Source: an uncultured delta proteobacterium (lineage in GTDB: Bacteria > Desulfobacterota > Syntrophobacteria > BM002). Taken from it: a stretch of DNA of 53,762 nt. Below the pieces are notes generated by a model. It saw nothing but the letters and a program-made list of their open reading frames with translations. It searched no databases and was not told the origin of the DNA. This document shows, piece by piece, positions 28,316-38,107 of this stretch (positions are counted from its first letter, which is position 1; every line of letters starts with the position of its first letter). The stretch is from contig CAVQGX010000008.1 of NCBI GenBank assembly GCA_963712115.1, positions 1-53,762 on the forward strand, written 5' to 3'. Both the position numbers and the translations under genes were made by a program.

Positions 28316-29818
28316 TTATCCAGATTCGGCCTGGGGTCTGATGACAACATCAATTCGCCGGTTGATCGCTCGTCCTTCAGCCGTCTTATTAGATGCCAAA
28401 GGCCGCTTGGATCCATAACCAACCGCAATGATTTTCTCCTGTGGCAGAGTTCCATTGGCCACCAGGTAGGCGCGAACGGATTCCGCTCTCCTCTGCGACA
28501 GATGCTGATTCCGGTCCTCGGACCCTGTGCTGTCAGTATGTCCTTCTACAACAAGGCTAGGCTCGCCGAAAGTGCGAATTGCTCTCTGTGCCTTACTCAG
28601 CAGTGAGTAGTTGCTCGGCATTATAACGTCTTTGCCCACAGGGAAGGTGATAGCCTTTAGCCTAATAACCAGTTCGGATCCTTGTTTGTAAACTTCTGCT
28701 TCGTCTGGCATGAAGTAGGATCGGACCTCGGTAAAAAGCTGGTTGAACCGCCTTTCTGCCGCCAATCTTTTTTCAACTTCCTCCCTTTCAGCCGCTATCC
28801 GTTTTTTTGCCGCCTGCTCCTTCTGGGTTTGCTTTTCCAGATAGGCAATCTGCTTGTTTTTAGACTCCATTTCTGTCTGCTGGCTTTTAACCTTGTCCAT
28901 GAGAAAGCGATGGTCTTGCTGCAATGCGTCGATGGCGCCGAGAATATTTTCTTTTTGAGTGGCCAGGGGTTGATCCCGCATATCAACCGTAGCAAGCTTG
29001 CTGGAAGTCTCAAAAAGTATTTCCTCCACCCAAAGGGTGACCATTTCGGGCTTCATTGTCTTAATGGTCTCGCTCTGGCGAGTTACTTGAAGAAGACGAC
29101 CCGCCTGCAACAAGGCTTCATCAGCCATGTTGTGGATCTTCAATTTTTGGTAAGGGTTTTTAGTTATAAACTCATCCACTTCCAGCAATTTTTTTTGTGC
29201 CTCTCTATAGGTATTGGGCGCCAATTTCTTGGCCCCTTCCTTTTCAGCTTGTGCTATTAGCTTGCGGGCCTCACCCAGAGTCTGCTCCTTGATTGCTCGC
29301 AGCTCAAGCTGTCGATATTGCTCTGAGACCTTAGGGGCGTTTTTCTGTGCCCTTTCTATCTTGTCTTTCTCGATTGCTTCGGTGAGTTCAAGGAACTCCT
29401 CTTCTACCGCAGCATATTCTTTTTCATAACTGGTCGCGCCTGCGGCGCGAGCGAGTTCTCTGGCCTTAATGACCTGAGACAGCTCCTTTCTAGCCCGTTG
29501 AGATACTTCCTTTGCCCTCTTGAGTTGATCTTGTGCACCGGCTATCTTTTCAAGAATCTTTGATTGCTTATCTCCCCGATCAAGTCTTTTTTTGGCGTCG
29601 CTCAGTAATTCCTCCGCCTCGGCAAAGGCATTTGGTGACAAGATGTCCACTTGGACATTTCTGGAATTGCGTAGGTCATTCTCCAGCCAGTCGATCTGCA
29701 GGGTTAAACTCTCCGGGGTCTGAAAGGGCTCGGCCTTGCTTTTACCCACGGACCAAACACCTAGGAACGACAACATGGTGATCACTAAGATGATTCTAAA
29801 ATTTTTTTTGAAAAGCAT
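28316..29818 (-). CDS. Secreted long helical/coiled-coil protein with C-terminal OmpA domain
   Basis: Signal peptide; VEGHTDSTG, LSQRRAESV and RAINRRIDV. Confidence 0.85.
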   Translation of the reverse strand: MLFKKNFRIILVITMLSFLGVWSVGKSKAEPFQTPESLTLQIDWLENDLRNSRNVQVDILSPNAFAEAEELLSDAKKRLDRGDKQSKILEKIAGAQDQLKRAKEVSQRARKELSQVIKARELARAAGATSYEKEYAAVEEEFLELTEAIEKDKIERAQKNAPKVSEQYRQLELRAIKEQTLGEARKLIAQAEKEGAKKLAPNTYREAQKKLLEVDEFITKNPYQKLKIHNMADEALLQAGRLLQVTRQSETIKTMKPEMVTLWVEEILFETSSKLATVDMRDQPLATQKENILGAIDALQQDHRFLMDKVKSQQTEMESKNKQIAYLEKQTQKEQAAKKRIAAEREEVEKRLAAERRFNQLFTEVRSYFMPDEAEVYKQGSELVIRLKAITFPVGKDVIMPSNYSLLSKAQRAIRTFGEPSLVVEGHTDSTGSEDRNQHLSQRRAESVRAYLVANGTLPQEKIIAVGYGSKRPLASNKTAEGRAINRRIDVVIRPQAESG

Positions 29819-29910
29819 TGTCTTCCCCCTTTCTCCCATTTCTTTTGCTCTCTTAAGTGAGGAAGAATGAAATTGTAGAAATGGTAGAGTTTGTTTCTTT
29901 ACTGTCTAAC

Positions 29911-30144
29911 TTATGCAGGTTGCAGTGCATTTTCCATGTAATCGAAGATATTCTGAACGTTTACGATCTTCTCTGCTTCCGTGTCTGGAATCTCGAGGTC
30001 AAATTCTTCTTCTAGAGCCATTATCAGCTCCACTACATCCAGGGAATCTGCGCCTAGGTCTTCGACAACAGTGGCCTGCGCGCTAATGTCTGTTTCTTCA
30101 ATTCCCAACTGCTTTGCTATAATTTGCACAATTCGTTTTTTCAT
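29911..30144 (-). CDS. acpP: Acyl carrier protein
   Basis: [20 protein letters not shown]. Confidence 0.93.
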   Translation of the reverse strand: MKKRIVQIIAKQLGIEETDISAQATVVEDLGADSLDVVELIMALEEEFDLEIPDTEAEKIVNVQNIFDYMENALQPA

Positions 30145-30437
30145 CTTTTAATTCCTCCTCTTTGCCGATATTTAATAAAAGCTAATTTGTACAATGTCTG
30201 GGTTATGCAAATTACTTTCAAGCCTCTTGCCAAGAACTGTTCAGGCTTGGTGGCAATGCAAGAATCATGCAGATGCGGACAATTTAAGAAGGGCCGCTCC
30301 GAACGCGCTATTATTTTTTTCCGCAGTATGAGATGACTGATTGTTTTTTAGGGCGCTACTAACTGCCCAAACTGTGAATAAAATCGATGCGAGTTTTGGG
30401 TATTTGCAGAGTCTTGATATAAAAAAGTGAACAAGTT

Positions 30438-31235
30438 TTATTTACCCCTGGGACCGAAACAGACGCCCCTTTCAGAGCTTTTGATGAAATTTAGAAGATA
30501 AACCACTTCTTTGGACAGCGGGTCTCTGCTTTCCAGTTCTTGGACCGCCTGAGCGAGATTGCCTTTGCGGCGAAAAAGTTGGGCAAAAGCCTCTTTGATC
30601 TCCCTTATTTCACCCTCGCTGTAACCTGCCCGTTCCAGCCCCACTTGGTTTATAGCCTTAACAGTGTGGGTGTCGTCCATTATGCAGAAGGGAGGAACAT
30701 CGCGACTGGTGCGGGAAAGACCGCGAAGCATTGCAAGTTTGCCTATGCGAACAAACTGATGAACCACGCAATTGCCAGAAATAAAGGCCCCATCTCCGAC
30801 TTGGACGTAGCCCGCGAGGAGGGCGCCCCCAGCTATGACCACGCCATCGCCGACTTCACAGTTATGGGCAATGTGGGCGTGGTTCATGAAGAAATTTTCA
30901 TTGCCGATGATGGTAGAACTTTCCGGTTTGGTTCCCCGGTGAATCTGTACATGCTCCCTTATTATGTTACGGTGACCTATCCTCAGATATGTTTTGCCTC
31001 CCTTATATTCCCTGTCCTGAGGTTCGTGTCCTATTACAGCACCCATGTGAATGGAGTTTTCTTCACCGATTTCGGTCCAGCCAGCCAGATAGGCATGTGC
31101 CATTACCCGGGTTCCCCGGCCAATTTTTACCTGACCGTCAACAATCACGTAGGGACCGATCTCTGCCTCTTGATGAATCTCTGCCCTGGGATCTATAACT
31201 GCAGTAGGGTGTATAGTAGTCTTGCTTGCGGTCAT
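30438..31235 (-). CDS. lpxA: Acyl-ACP--UDP-GlcNAc O-acyltransferase (LpxA or paralogue)
   Basis: IHPTAVID hexapeptide repeats, GHEPQD, IHRGT, AHIAHNC, VHQFVRIG and DVPPF. Confidence 0.85.
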   Translation of the reverse strand: MTASKTTIHPTAVIDPRAEIHQEAEIGPYVIVDGQVKIGRGTRVMAHAYLAGWTEIGEENSIHMGAVIGHEPQDREYKGGKTYLRIGHRNIIREHVQIHRGTKPESSTIIGNENFFMNHAHIAHNCEVGDGVVIAGGALLAGYVQVGDGAFISGNCVVHQFVRIGKLAMLRGLSRTSRDVPPFCIMDDTHTVKAINQVGLERAGYSEGEIREIKEAFAQLFRRKGNLAQAVQELESRDPLSKEVVYLLNFIKSSERGVCFGPRGK

Positions 31236-31249
31236 TTATCGAGTCTCCC

Positions 31250-31708
31250 CTAGGGTGCCGACCAGATTACTTCGTCTTGATCATTCAGGATTGAAAAATT
31301 CGCTGCTCCATCATAGTTTATTGCCACCTTAGCACTTCCCTTTTCCCCAATGATTTTCAAAGCTGGTTCGCTATCTATCAGTTGCAGAACAAGGCGCGAC
31401 ACCTGATTGTTGTCATAGAACGTCATTACTGTGCGGTCTGAGGAAGCCACCATGGATAGCCGCTCATTTCCTTCGATGTCAGCAAGGCTCAGTTGTTGGG
31501 TTACGATTTCCAAAGCGGTGACTCTCGCTGAGCGTACTTCATGCTGAAGCTGCAGCATCCGACCAAAAATAAGAGCTGCAGCAATGAATATCAGCAGAGG
31601 TAGAATAAAGGTCCTGGTCTCCACAGTCAAACGATTGTAATACCCACCGAGGAGCATAAAAAAAATCACAAATGCTAGTAATTTGGGCCAATCCTTTCTC
31701 GTAGTCAT
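31250..31708 (-). CDS. Hypothetical membrane protein (paralogous C-terminus with 39219-39794)
   Basis: Two TM helices, D-x-x-G-x-x-R repeats, ends VIWSAP; AGGAGG RBS. Confidence 0.7.
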   Translation of the reverse strand: MTTRKDWPKLLAFVIFFMLLGGYYNRLTVETRTFILPLLIFIAAALIFGRMLQLQHEVRSARVTALEIVTQQLSLADIEGNERLSMVASSDRTVMTFYDNNQVSRLVLQLIDSEPALKIIGEKGSAKVAINYDGAANFSILNDQDEVIWSAP

Positions 31709-31727
31709 CAAATCCTCCTGTTTTTCC

Positions 31728-31758
31728 CTAGCCCGCATATTTCATGAATCCGGGCTAG
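31728..31758. mobile_element. Collapsed (ends-only) copy of the MITE-like element
   Basis: CTAG-CCCGCATATTTCATGAATCCGGG-CTAG. Confidence 0.7.
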
Positions 31759-31979
31759 TAGAATAAAGCCTTCTTCTGCTTAGCAAATCGAGCCCTTTTG
31801 TCAAGGAGAAAGAAATATGGATGGTTTATTTCACCGATTCTTAAAATTTTCCGCAGGAATGTTTTTTTGTCAAAGGGTAGAGGTTACATTTATGGGGTTT
31901 AACATAGGCGGCAAAGTAATTCTATCGTAATGAACGCTCACCTGTGAGTTTGGCAAGATATTTGCCGGGAGGGGCGACT

Positions 31980-32276
31980 ATGTATATGGATGAACTCGTT
32001 ACCGCAAATACCATAGACGAGGTGAAGCAGAACCTTGGTGATTTTGACTATGTTGATGAGATTGAAATTGGTGACGTTATCTCGGTAATAGAATGCGCCG
32101 ATGGATACAGGATAATTGTCTGGGAAAACCGCTATGACGAGCGCAATGCTGTCATTGATTTTGGCGACGATTACCTGTGGGGTGAATGGGACGGGGCCAG
32201 GATAACAGTGGAGTATGGAGATCAGCTTTTGACTTACGACATAGAAGGCGACTGCAGATTCCTGGGGGTGATATAA
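31980..32276 (+). CDS. Acidic hypothetical protein
   Basis: 98-aa D/E-rich ORF with GGAGGGG RBS. Confidence 0.6.
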   Translation: MYMDELVTANTIDEVKQNLGDFDYVDEIEIGDVISVIECADGYRIIVWENRYDERNAVIDFGDDYLWGEWDGARITVEYGDQLLTYDIEGDCRFLGVI

Positions 32277-32509
32277 GAGGTGTGTATTGCACCAAATCTC
32301 AGAGTTTCAGGCGTTCCGCCGGAGGCGGATCAGGTTTTGGGTTTCAGGTGTCAGGAAAAAGAAACACAAAAGCTGAAAACCTGTTGTAGCGAAGCAGAAA
32401 TCCCGTCTGAATCGAAGAGCCAGCGGAGAACTCTGAAACCTTAGCTATTGTGATTTGTTATCTGGAATTTCTAGTCCTTCAACACTCCAGTATTCCAGTA
32501 CTCCATGTC

Positions 32510-33496
32510 CTATACATTGACCAGCTTCATCCCTGGTTCAGGATAGCGCGGGCCTGCGGCAACCCCCCATGGAGAGATCTCTTCAATACGTTCCAGATCC
32601 TCTTGGGTCAATTTCAAGCCTAAGGCTGCGACATTTTCCTCAAGGTAAGTTATCCGCTTGGTGCCGGGGATTGGAACTATGTCCTCTCCCTGCGCCAGCA
32701 CCCAGGCCAAGGCTAACTGTGCGGGAGTACAGTTTTTCTCAGCCGCCATCTCCTGAATTCTTCTGACCAGGTTAAGATTGCGCTCAAAATTCTCGCCCTG
32801 GAAGCGGGGCGAGTGTCGCCGCCAATCGGCTTCTTCCAGGTCAGCCAATTTCCTAATCTCACCTGTGAGAAACCCCCTCCCCAGGGGACTGTAGGAAACG
32901 AATCCAACCGAAAGCTCTCGACAAGTGGAGAGAACTTCCTCCTCTACATCACGACTCCAGAGTGAGTATTCCGTCTGCAAGGCTGCGATAGGGTGAACCG
33001 AGCAGGCACGACGGATGGTTTTAGGGCCGGCTTCGGAGAGACCTAGGTATCTCACTTTTCCCTCTTTAACAAGGTCGGCCATACCACCCACCGTCTCTTC
33101 GATAGGCGTGTCCTGATCCACCCGGTGCTGGTAATACAGGTCTATGGTCTCAACTCCCAGACGGCGCAAACTTGCTTCGCAAGCTGAGCGAATGTATTCT
33201 GGGCTGCCGTTTATCTTGTGTTGCCTAACGTCATCTGTTCTAACGATGCCAAATTTAGTGGCCAGGATCACTTTGTCCCGATAGCCCTTTATAGCTTTGC
33301 CCAACAGTTCTTCGTTCTTTCCCCTTCCGTACATGTCTGCAGTATCGAAAAAATTGATCCCCAACTCCACCGCGCGCCGAATAGTTCCGATGGATTCCTC
33401 GTCGTTATGGCTACCATAGAATTCGGACATCCCCATGCAGCCGAGCCCCATGGCCGATACTTCAAGCCCCTTTTTACCTAATTGTCGTTTTTCCAT
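32510..33496 (-). CDS. Aldo/keto reductase
   Basis: [27 protein letters not shown] and PIPGTKR. Confidence 0.95.
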   Translation of the reverse strand: MEKRQLGKKGLEVSAMGLGCMGMSEFYGSHNDEESIGTIRRAVELGINFFDTADMYGRGKNEELLGKAIKGYRDKVILATKFGIVRTDDVRQHKINGSPEYIRSACEASLRRLGVETIDLYYQHRVDQDTPIEETVGGMADLVKEGKVRYLGLSEAGPKTIRRACSVHPIAALQTEYSLWSRDVEEEVLSTCRELSVGFVSYSPLGRGFLTGEIRKLADLEEADWRRHSPRFQGENFERNLNLVRRIQEMAAEKNCTPAQLALAWVLAQGEDIVPIPGTKRITYLEENVAALGLKLTQEDLERIEEISPWGVAAGPRYPEPGMKLVNV

Positions 33497-33760
33497 TTGG
33501 CCGTTCCTTCCTCCCCCTGTTCTCTTACTCGGTTATAGGTCTTTCCCCGCGGCCTAGTGCCAGGCCATTTGATATTTTTCCTATGTCATATATTTTTTGT
33601 CATCCCAACTCTTGCCCCATACTCGGAATTTGCCATCTTCTTGGAATCATCACCCCTAATGACCAAATATGAAATGGGCAATAAAAAATGACGAATGGGC
33701 TTACGCCGTTACCTCCCCGGGGTGAGATGGACATATCCCTGGAATGCTGTCCCATGTTAC

Positions 33761-34069
33761 CTACCGGAAAGTGACCTCCTCCACCGGTTCCTCTAGCGGT
33801 TCCGGGTAGTCGTTGAGTGGAAAAGGACGCAGGTTCTTGTTCAAAGTAAGATAACGGATTACGTCGTAGGTATAAGTTGCTAGTTTATTCGCGAAATTCC
33901 TGACAGGCTTATTGTAGTCCAGAGTTATAAAAAGAAAGATGTACTGAAAAACAACGGCTATCTGGACAATCAGTTTGATAATTTCAAAGATCAAAAGATA
34001 GAGCAAAGTGTAAAGCAACCGGATGAGGATGTCCGTTCTCGATGAAGTCTTTTCTTCTGGGCTATGCAT
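33761..34069 (-). CDS. DUF4389-like small membrane protein
   Basis: IRLLYTLLY...QYIF...RYLTLN...RPFP pattern; AGGAGG RBS. Confidence 0.7.
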   Translation of the reverse strand: MHSPEEKTSSRTDILIRLLYTLLYLLIFEIIKLIVQIAVVFQYIFLFITLDYNKPVRNFANKLATYTYDVIRYLTLNKNLRPFPLNDYPEPLEEPVEEVTFR

Positions 34070-34324
34070 TTTCACCTCCTGTGAGTTTTCCAGTGTCGAG
34101 GGTCTACTCCTTGCTGTCCATCACTGGCTGCCAATGCCAGAAAGACTGTGCCTCCATGGTGGAGATAGTGTTCAGCTATAAAATTGAGTGATTCGTTATT
34201 GTACCATCAATAAAGATAAACTCCACAAACACCCACAGAAATGATAAGATTCCTTCCAACCGAGCAAGAAGCATAACATCAAAGCCACATAACCATTCCT
34301 TGCTTTAACACTGAAATTTATCGC

Positions 34325-35047
34325 ATGACTGTCGAAACCACTGACCACTCTATCCAGTTGGCAGATAGAGTGGCAATCATCTCTGACCCCCATGCTAATC
34401 TCCGGGGCCTTGAACTCTCATATAAAAAAATAAAGTCGCTAGGGGTAGAGCAAATAATCTGTTGTGGTGATCTTGTGGGTTACGGCCATGAGCCAAATGA
34501 GGTGGTCGAGTTTTTTCGTGCGAAGAGCATTCGCACCATTTCAGGGAATCACGACAGACTGGTGTGTGGACAGATCGAAGCCAAAGGATGGAACCCCTTT
34601 GCCTTGAAAAAGATCGACTGGACCAAATCAGTTCTTACGGAAGACAACCTCGCCTATCTATCCAACCTACCCGTGAACATGCTCACAGATGACTGCTGCG
34701 TTGTGCACGGAGCGTGGAGTGATGCCGACAAATACTTATTTGAAGAAAGGGATTTTTTTGCCGAGTTGGAAAACCTGCCCGCAACTTTGGTTTTCTATGG
34801 ACATACCCATATGCCCAGTGTCTTTCAGTTCCTTCTAACGGAAGGAAAATTTGATTATCGCCACCTCCTACCAACCCAAGAATCAGATGTCTACGTAAAA
34901 CTTTTGGAAGAGAGCTCCATCATGTTGGTATCCTTCGTCAATCCAGGCACGGTGGGATATCCACGGGGAATGAGTAACCAGGGGTCTCTTGTCTTATGGG
35001 AGAAGCAAACCGGCCGGATATCATATGAGTTTTTTGAATTGTATTAG
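34325..35047 (+). CDS. Calcineurin-like metallophosphoesterase
   Basis: SDPHAN, GDLVGYG, GNHD, HG, GHTH and NPGTVG. Confidence 0.9.
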   Translation: MTVETTDHSIQLADRVAIISDPHANLRGLELSYKKIKSLGVEQIICCGDLVGYGHEPNEVVEFFRAKSIRTISGNHDRLVCGQIEAKGWNPFALKKIDWTKSVLTEDNLAYLSNLPVNMLTDDCCVVHGAWSDADKYLFEERDFFAELENLPATLVFYGHTHMPSVFQFLLTEGKFDYRHLLPTQESDVYVKLLEESSIMLVSFVNPGTVGYPRGMSNQGSLVLWEKQTGRISYEFFELY

Positions 35048-35065
35048 GGAAACAATTCAATATCC

Positions 35066-36034
35066 TCAGGAGACTTCTATCCTGAGATATATGTCTTGCC
35101 TGGTGCCATCTCCCAACTGCCGACCCGCTCCAGTAAGACGGATTATACTGCCATCACGGGAGCCGGGTGGCACGGTTACCTTGAGAAGGCGTTTTTTGGA
35201 GCCGGCGGGAATACTCAGGATTTTTTTGGTTCCCAAGCGGGCCTCTAAAGGGGTAATCACAAGTGTAGCGTATGCCCGGGGATCATCGGCCACCCCTTTG
35301 GGCTTAATTAACTGTACTCGGTTACTCTTCTTCTTGCCGGTTTTCTGACGTATTTGCCTGCTGATAGCCGTTTCCGGAGCCCGCAAGAATATTTTCAAAA
35401 AAACCATTCCGAAGACGAAACCGCCGATGTGGGCCCACCATGCAATCCCTCCACCGTGATCAGGGGTTCCGGCAGCGCTGAGAAATTGCAGGATGAACCA
35501 AATTCCGAGGAAGAATAAGGCTGGGATCTCTAAGAAATAGGGGATGAAAAAAATGGGAATAAAGGTGAGTATTTTGGAATGGGGATAGAGGAGGAAGTAT
35601 GCGCCCATTACTCCAGCAATTGCCCCGCTTGCTCCTACTGTTGGAAGCTGAGAGTGCCAGTTAAGGAATAGATGAGTGAGGCCTGAGGCAAATCCACACA
35701 GAAGGTAGAACAGAAGATATTTCACCGGACCCAGCCGGTCTTCGACATTATCGCCGAATATATAAAGGGTCCACATGTTACCCAGGAGATGCCAGAAGCC
35801 GCCGTGGACAAACATGAAGGACAGCAGGGCAAAAACCTGCTGACCCAGGCTAAAATGGGCAGCAAGCTCTGGCACTGAGTAGCGGGCCGGAACCAGGCCG
35901 TAGATTATAATAAATTGCTGTAATGCTTCTCCCTGCCCTAACTGCACTAAATACACCAGTAAATTGCAAACGATTAGCGCAGTATTTATTATAGGGTATC
36001 CCTTGGAATCAATAGTGTCTCGAAGTGGTATCAT
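35066..36034 (-). CDS. Rhomboid intramembrane serine protease with a DnaJ-C-like C-terminal domain
   Basis: HLLGNM, GASG and AHIGG; tail ITPLEARLG...VTVPPG...IRLTGAG...DIYLRI. Confidence 0.88.
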   Translation of the reverse strand: MIPLRDTIDSKGYPIINTALIVCNLLVYLVQLGQGEALQQFIIIYGLVPARYSVPELAAHFSLGQQVFALLSFMFVHGGFWHLLGNMWTLYIFGDNVEDRLGPVKYLLFYLLCGFASGLTHLFLNWHSQLPTVGASGAIAGVMGAYFLLYPHSKILTFIPIFFIPYFLEIPALFFLGIWFILQFLSAAGTPDHGGGIAWWAHIGGFVFGMVFLKIFLRAPETAISRQIRQKTGKKKSNRVQLIKPKGVADDPRAYATLVITPLEARLGTKKILSIPAGSKKRLLKVTVPPGSRDGSIIRLTGAGRQLGDGTRQDIYLRIEVS

Positions 36035-36129
36035 TGGATAAACAACCGTACTGCTATGAGAAAATCAGTCAATAAGCAAACAATGTAAGTCCAGAGGATT
36101 CGGCATCTAAAAAACAGTAACTGACTTTC

Positions 36130-37014
36130 TCAACTGTTAGGTAACCCAGCAGACTCCCTCTGATCCAGTGCAATGGCGGTCCAGTCCATATCCCCACGCT
36201 TCTTGGCAAGAGATCGCAAAAAACGGTCTTCCAGCAAAGACGCCAGTGGCATAGAAACCTCACTATTTCGGGCCGTATCGCGCACAAGCCGCATGTCCTT
36301 ACCTCCGAGGGCAAGGGTAAATCCAGGAGGTGAATAATTTTGGTCCAGAATCGATCTGCCGTAATTCTGATAGATGGGACAGCTAAATAGGGTTTGGCTC
36401 AACACGGCGTGGACCTGGTTCGGGTCAACTCCGTTTTTTTCCGCCAGGCAAAAAGCCTCGGCCATAGCCTCAATTGCGGATGCAATCAAGAAATTGCCGG
36501 CAAGCTTTGCCACATTCGCAGCAGGGGGACTGGTGCCAAAATCATAGATCCCCTGCCCCATCACCCCTAACAACGGGCGGACCCGTTCCTTAGCGCTCTC
36601 GTCTCCAGCAAGACAGAGCCACAGGTTGCCGGCTCGCGCCGCATCTGGTCGGCCGAAGACCGGGCAAGCCAGGTAGTAATTTCCGTGCTTGGCGTGGGAC
36701 TTAGAAAGCTCTTCGGCTGCAGCGGGACTTATGGTGCTCATGGACAGATGAATCCCACCATCCCCTAAAGCTTGCAACACCTTTTCCTTTGTTACCGCCG
36801 TGACCGCATGGTCGTCAGAGAGCATGGTTACCAAGACTTTCGTTGTGCTGACCGCGGCTGCCGGATCTTCAAAAAACTCAGCACCCTTCTCAACAAGTGG
36901 TCTTGCTTTCTCCGGTGTGCGATTGTAGACCTTTAGCTTGTACCCTCCTTCAAGCAACCGTAACGCCATACCCTGGCCCATCTGACCCAATCCGAAAAAT
37001 GCCACGGTTTCCAT
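36130..37014 (-). CDS. NAD(P)-dependent oxidoreductase, beta-hydroxyacid dehydrogenase family
   Basis: GLGQMG, YNRTPEK, MSTISP and KLAGN. Confidence 0.9.
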   Translation of the reverse strand: METVAFFGLGQMGQGMALRLLEGGYKLKVYNRTPEKARPLVEKGAEFFEDPAAAVSTTKVLVTMLSDDHAVTAVTKEKVLQALGDGGIHLSMSTISPAAAEELSKSHAKHGNYYLACPVFGRPDAARAGNLWLCLAGDESAKERVRPLLGVMGQGIYDFGTSPPAANVAKLAGNFLIASAIEAMAEAFCLAEKNGVDPNQVHAVLSQTLFSCPIYQNYGRSILDQNYSPPGFTLALGGKDMRLVRDTARNSEVSMPLASLLEDRFLRSLAKKRGDMDWTAIALDQRESAGLPNS

Positions 37015-37089
37015 AGAAATATTCCTTCCTGCATTTGATTGAATGTGGTCTTGTTGTGCTTGAGACGATACTTCAGAAAAAATCTAAAC

Positions 37090-37220
37090 TCAAGGCCCAT
37101 TTCCCTCAGGCGGAACCGAGGGTGTTTGAGATTCTGGATGTAAATGAGGACAAGGTGGTTGACCATGACGAATGGCACAAATTTGAAGAAGCACACGGGG
37201 CGAGACACAAGCATGGTTAA
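37090..37220 (+). pseudogene. 3' fragment of a small EF-hand protein
   Basis: FEILDVNEDKVVDHDEWHKF EF-hand loop; no convincing start or signal peptide; followed by a half MITE. Confidence 0.5.
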
Positions 37221-37221
37221 T

Positions 37222-37243
37222 CTAGCCCGGATGTTTCATGAAT
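37222..37243 (+). mobile_element. Solo terminal repeat of the MITE-like element
   Basis: CTAG-CCCGGATGTTTCATGAAT. Confidence 0.7.
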
Positions 37244-37335
37244 CCGCCTGAGGTGGACCCTGGACAAACTTCTTCTCGGGAAGACCGAAGGGAGGTTTTT
37301 TTTCAGTCAAGATTGAAAAAGCGTTCAGCCCGTTA

Positions 37336-37351
37336 TGGCATAGAGGTTGCA
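37336..37351 (+). promoter_or_regulatory. Putative sigma54 promoter
   Basis: TGGCATAGAGGTTGCA upstream of a PilZ gene. Confidence 0.7.
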
Positions 37352-37402
37352 GCCGATTAACCACAAAATTAATCACGGTGATACCTGTATTTGGAATCAA
37401 CT

Positions 37403-37765
37403 ATGGCAACTGACCGGCGAACGCCTACCAGGGTCAGGGTGAAATGGCCCGTCGTTATAATAGCTGACAAAGGAGTCATTGTAGCGGAGACCAGGGATAT
37501 AAGCAGTGAAGGGGCATTCATTAGCTGCGACCTGCCGCTGAGTCCTAAAGAAAAGCTTAGGATCTTCATCATGGCTCCGAACCGTCGCCCCTTTGAACTT
37601 CCTGCAGAGGTTGCGTGGTCAAACCCTCAAGACTCTAAACCCAATAACATGTCATCGGGAATGGGTGTGCGATTTACAGAAGTTTCCACCGCTAACCGTC
37701 AGGTTCTTCTCAGTCTAATAGAGAATCTTTACAAATCAAAACTTGGCCCCACCTCCAACCTCTAG
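37403..37765 (+). CDS. Single-domain PilZ protein
   Basis: DRRTPTR, DISSEG and GMGVRF. Confidence 0.85.
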   Translation: MATDRRTPTRVRVKWPVVIIADKGVIVAETRDISSEGAFISCDLPLSPKEKLRIFIMAPNRRPFELPAEVAWSNPQDSKPNNMSSGMGVRFTEVSTANRQVLLSLIENLYKSKLGPTSNL

Positions 37766-38107
37766 CCTCTACCTCTTAGATCAAATAGCGGGCGTAAGCC
37801 CGGACTAGGGACCCGCTTGTCGTAGATACCGCTGTAACAAAAACCCGAAGCACACGACTATCTAGTTGCCACTTGATAAACATTGGCTGCGGTATTAACT
37901 TTGAGATTCTTTGGTGTTAAAAGAAACTTTGTTTTAGATTTAAGAGTAAATAATCCAGGCCCATCGAAGATCCCGCTTTGCTGTGGGAGGACCTGAACCT
38001 GATCTATCCCCAGGGGGGCTTTTAGTATCTTTCCTTAAACTGGAAGCCTGCCTGATTAATTAAGTGGTAGGCTTTGTGGAGCTGCAACTGGCTAGAGAGG
38101 ATCCATC

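Noticed and set aside
37985-38025. TGAACCTGATC resembling a TPP riboswitch core
   Set aside because: The upstream CTGAGA and downstream GCGTAGGGA elements are missing, and the downstream gene (HtrA) is unrelated.
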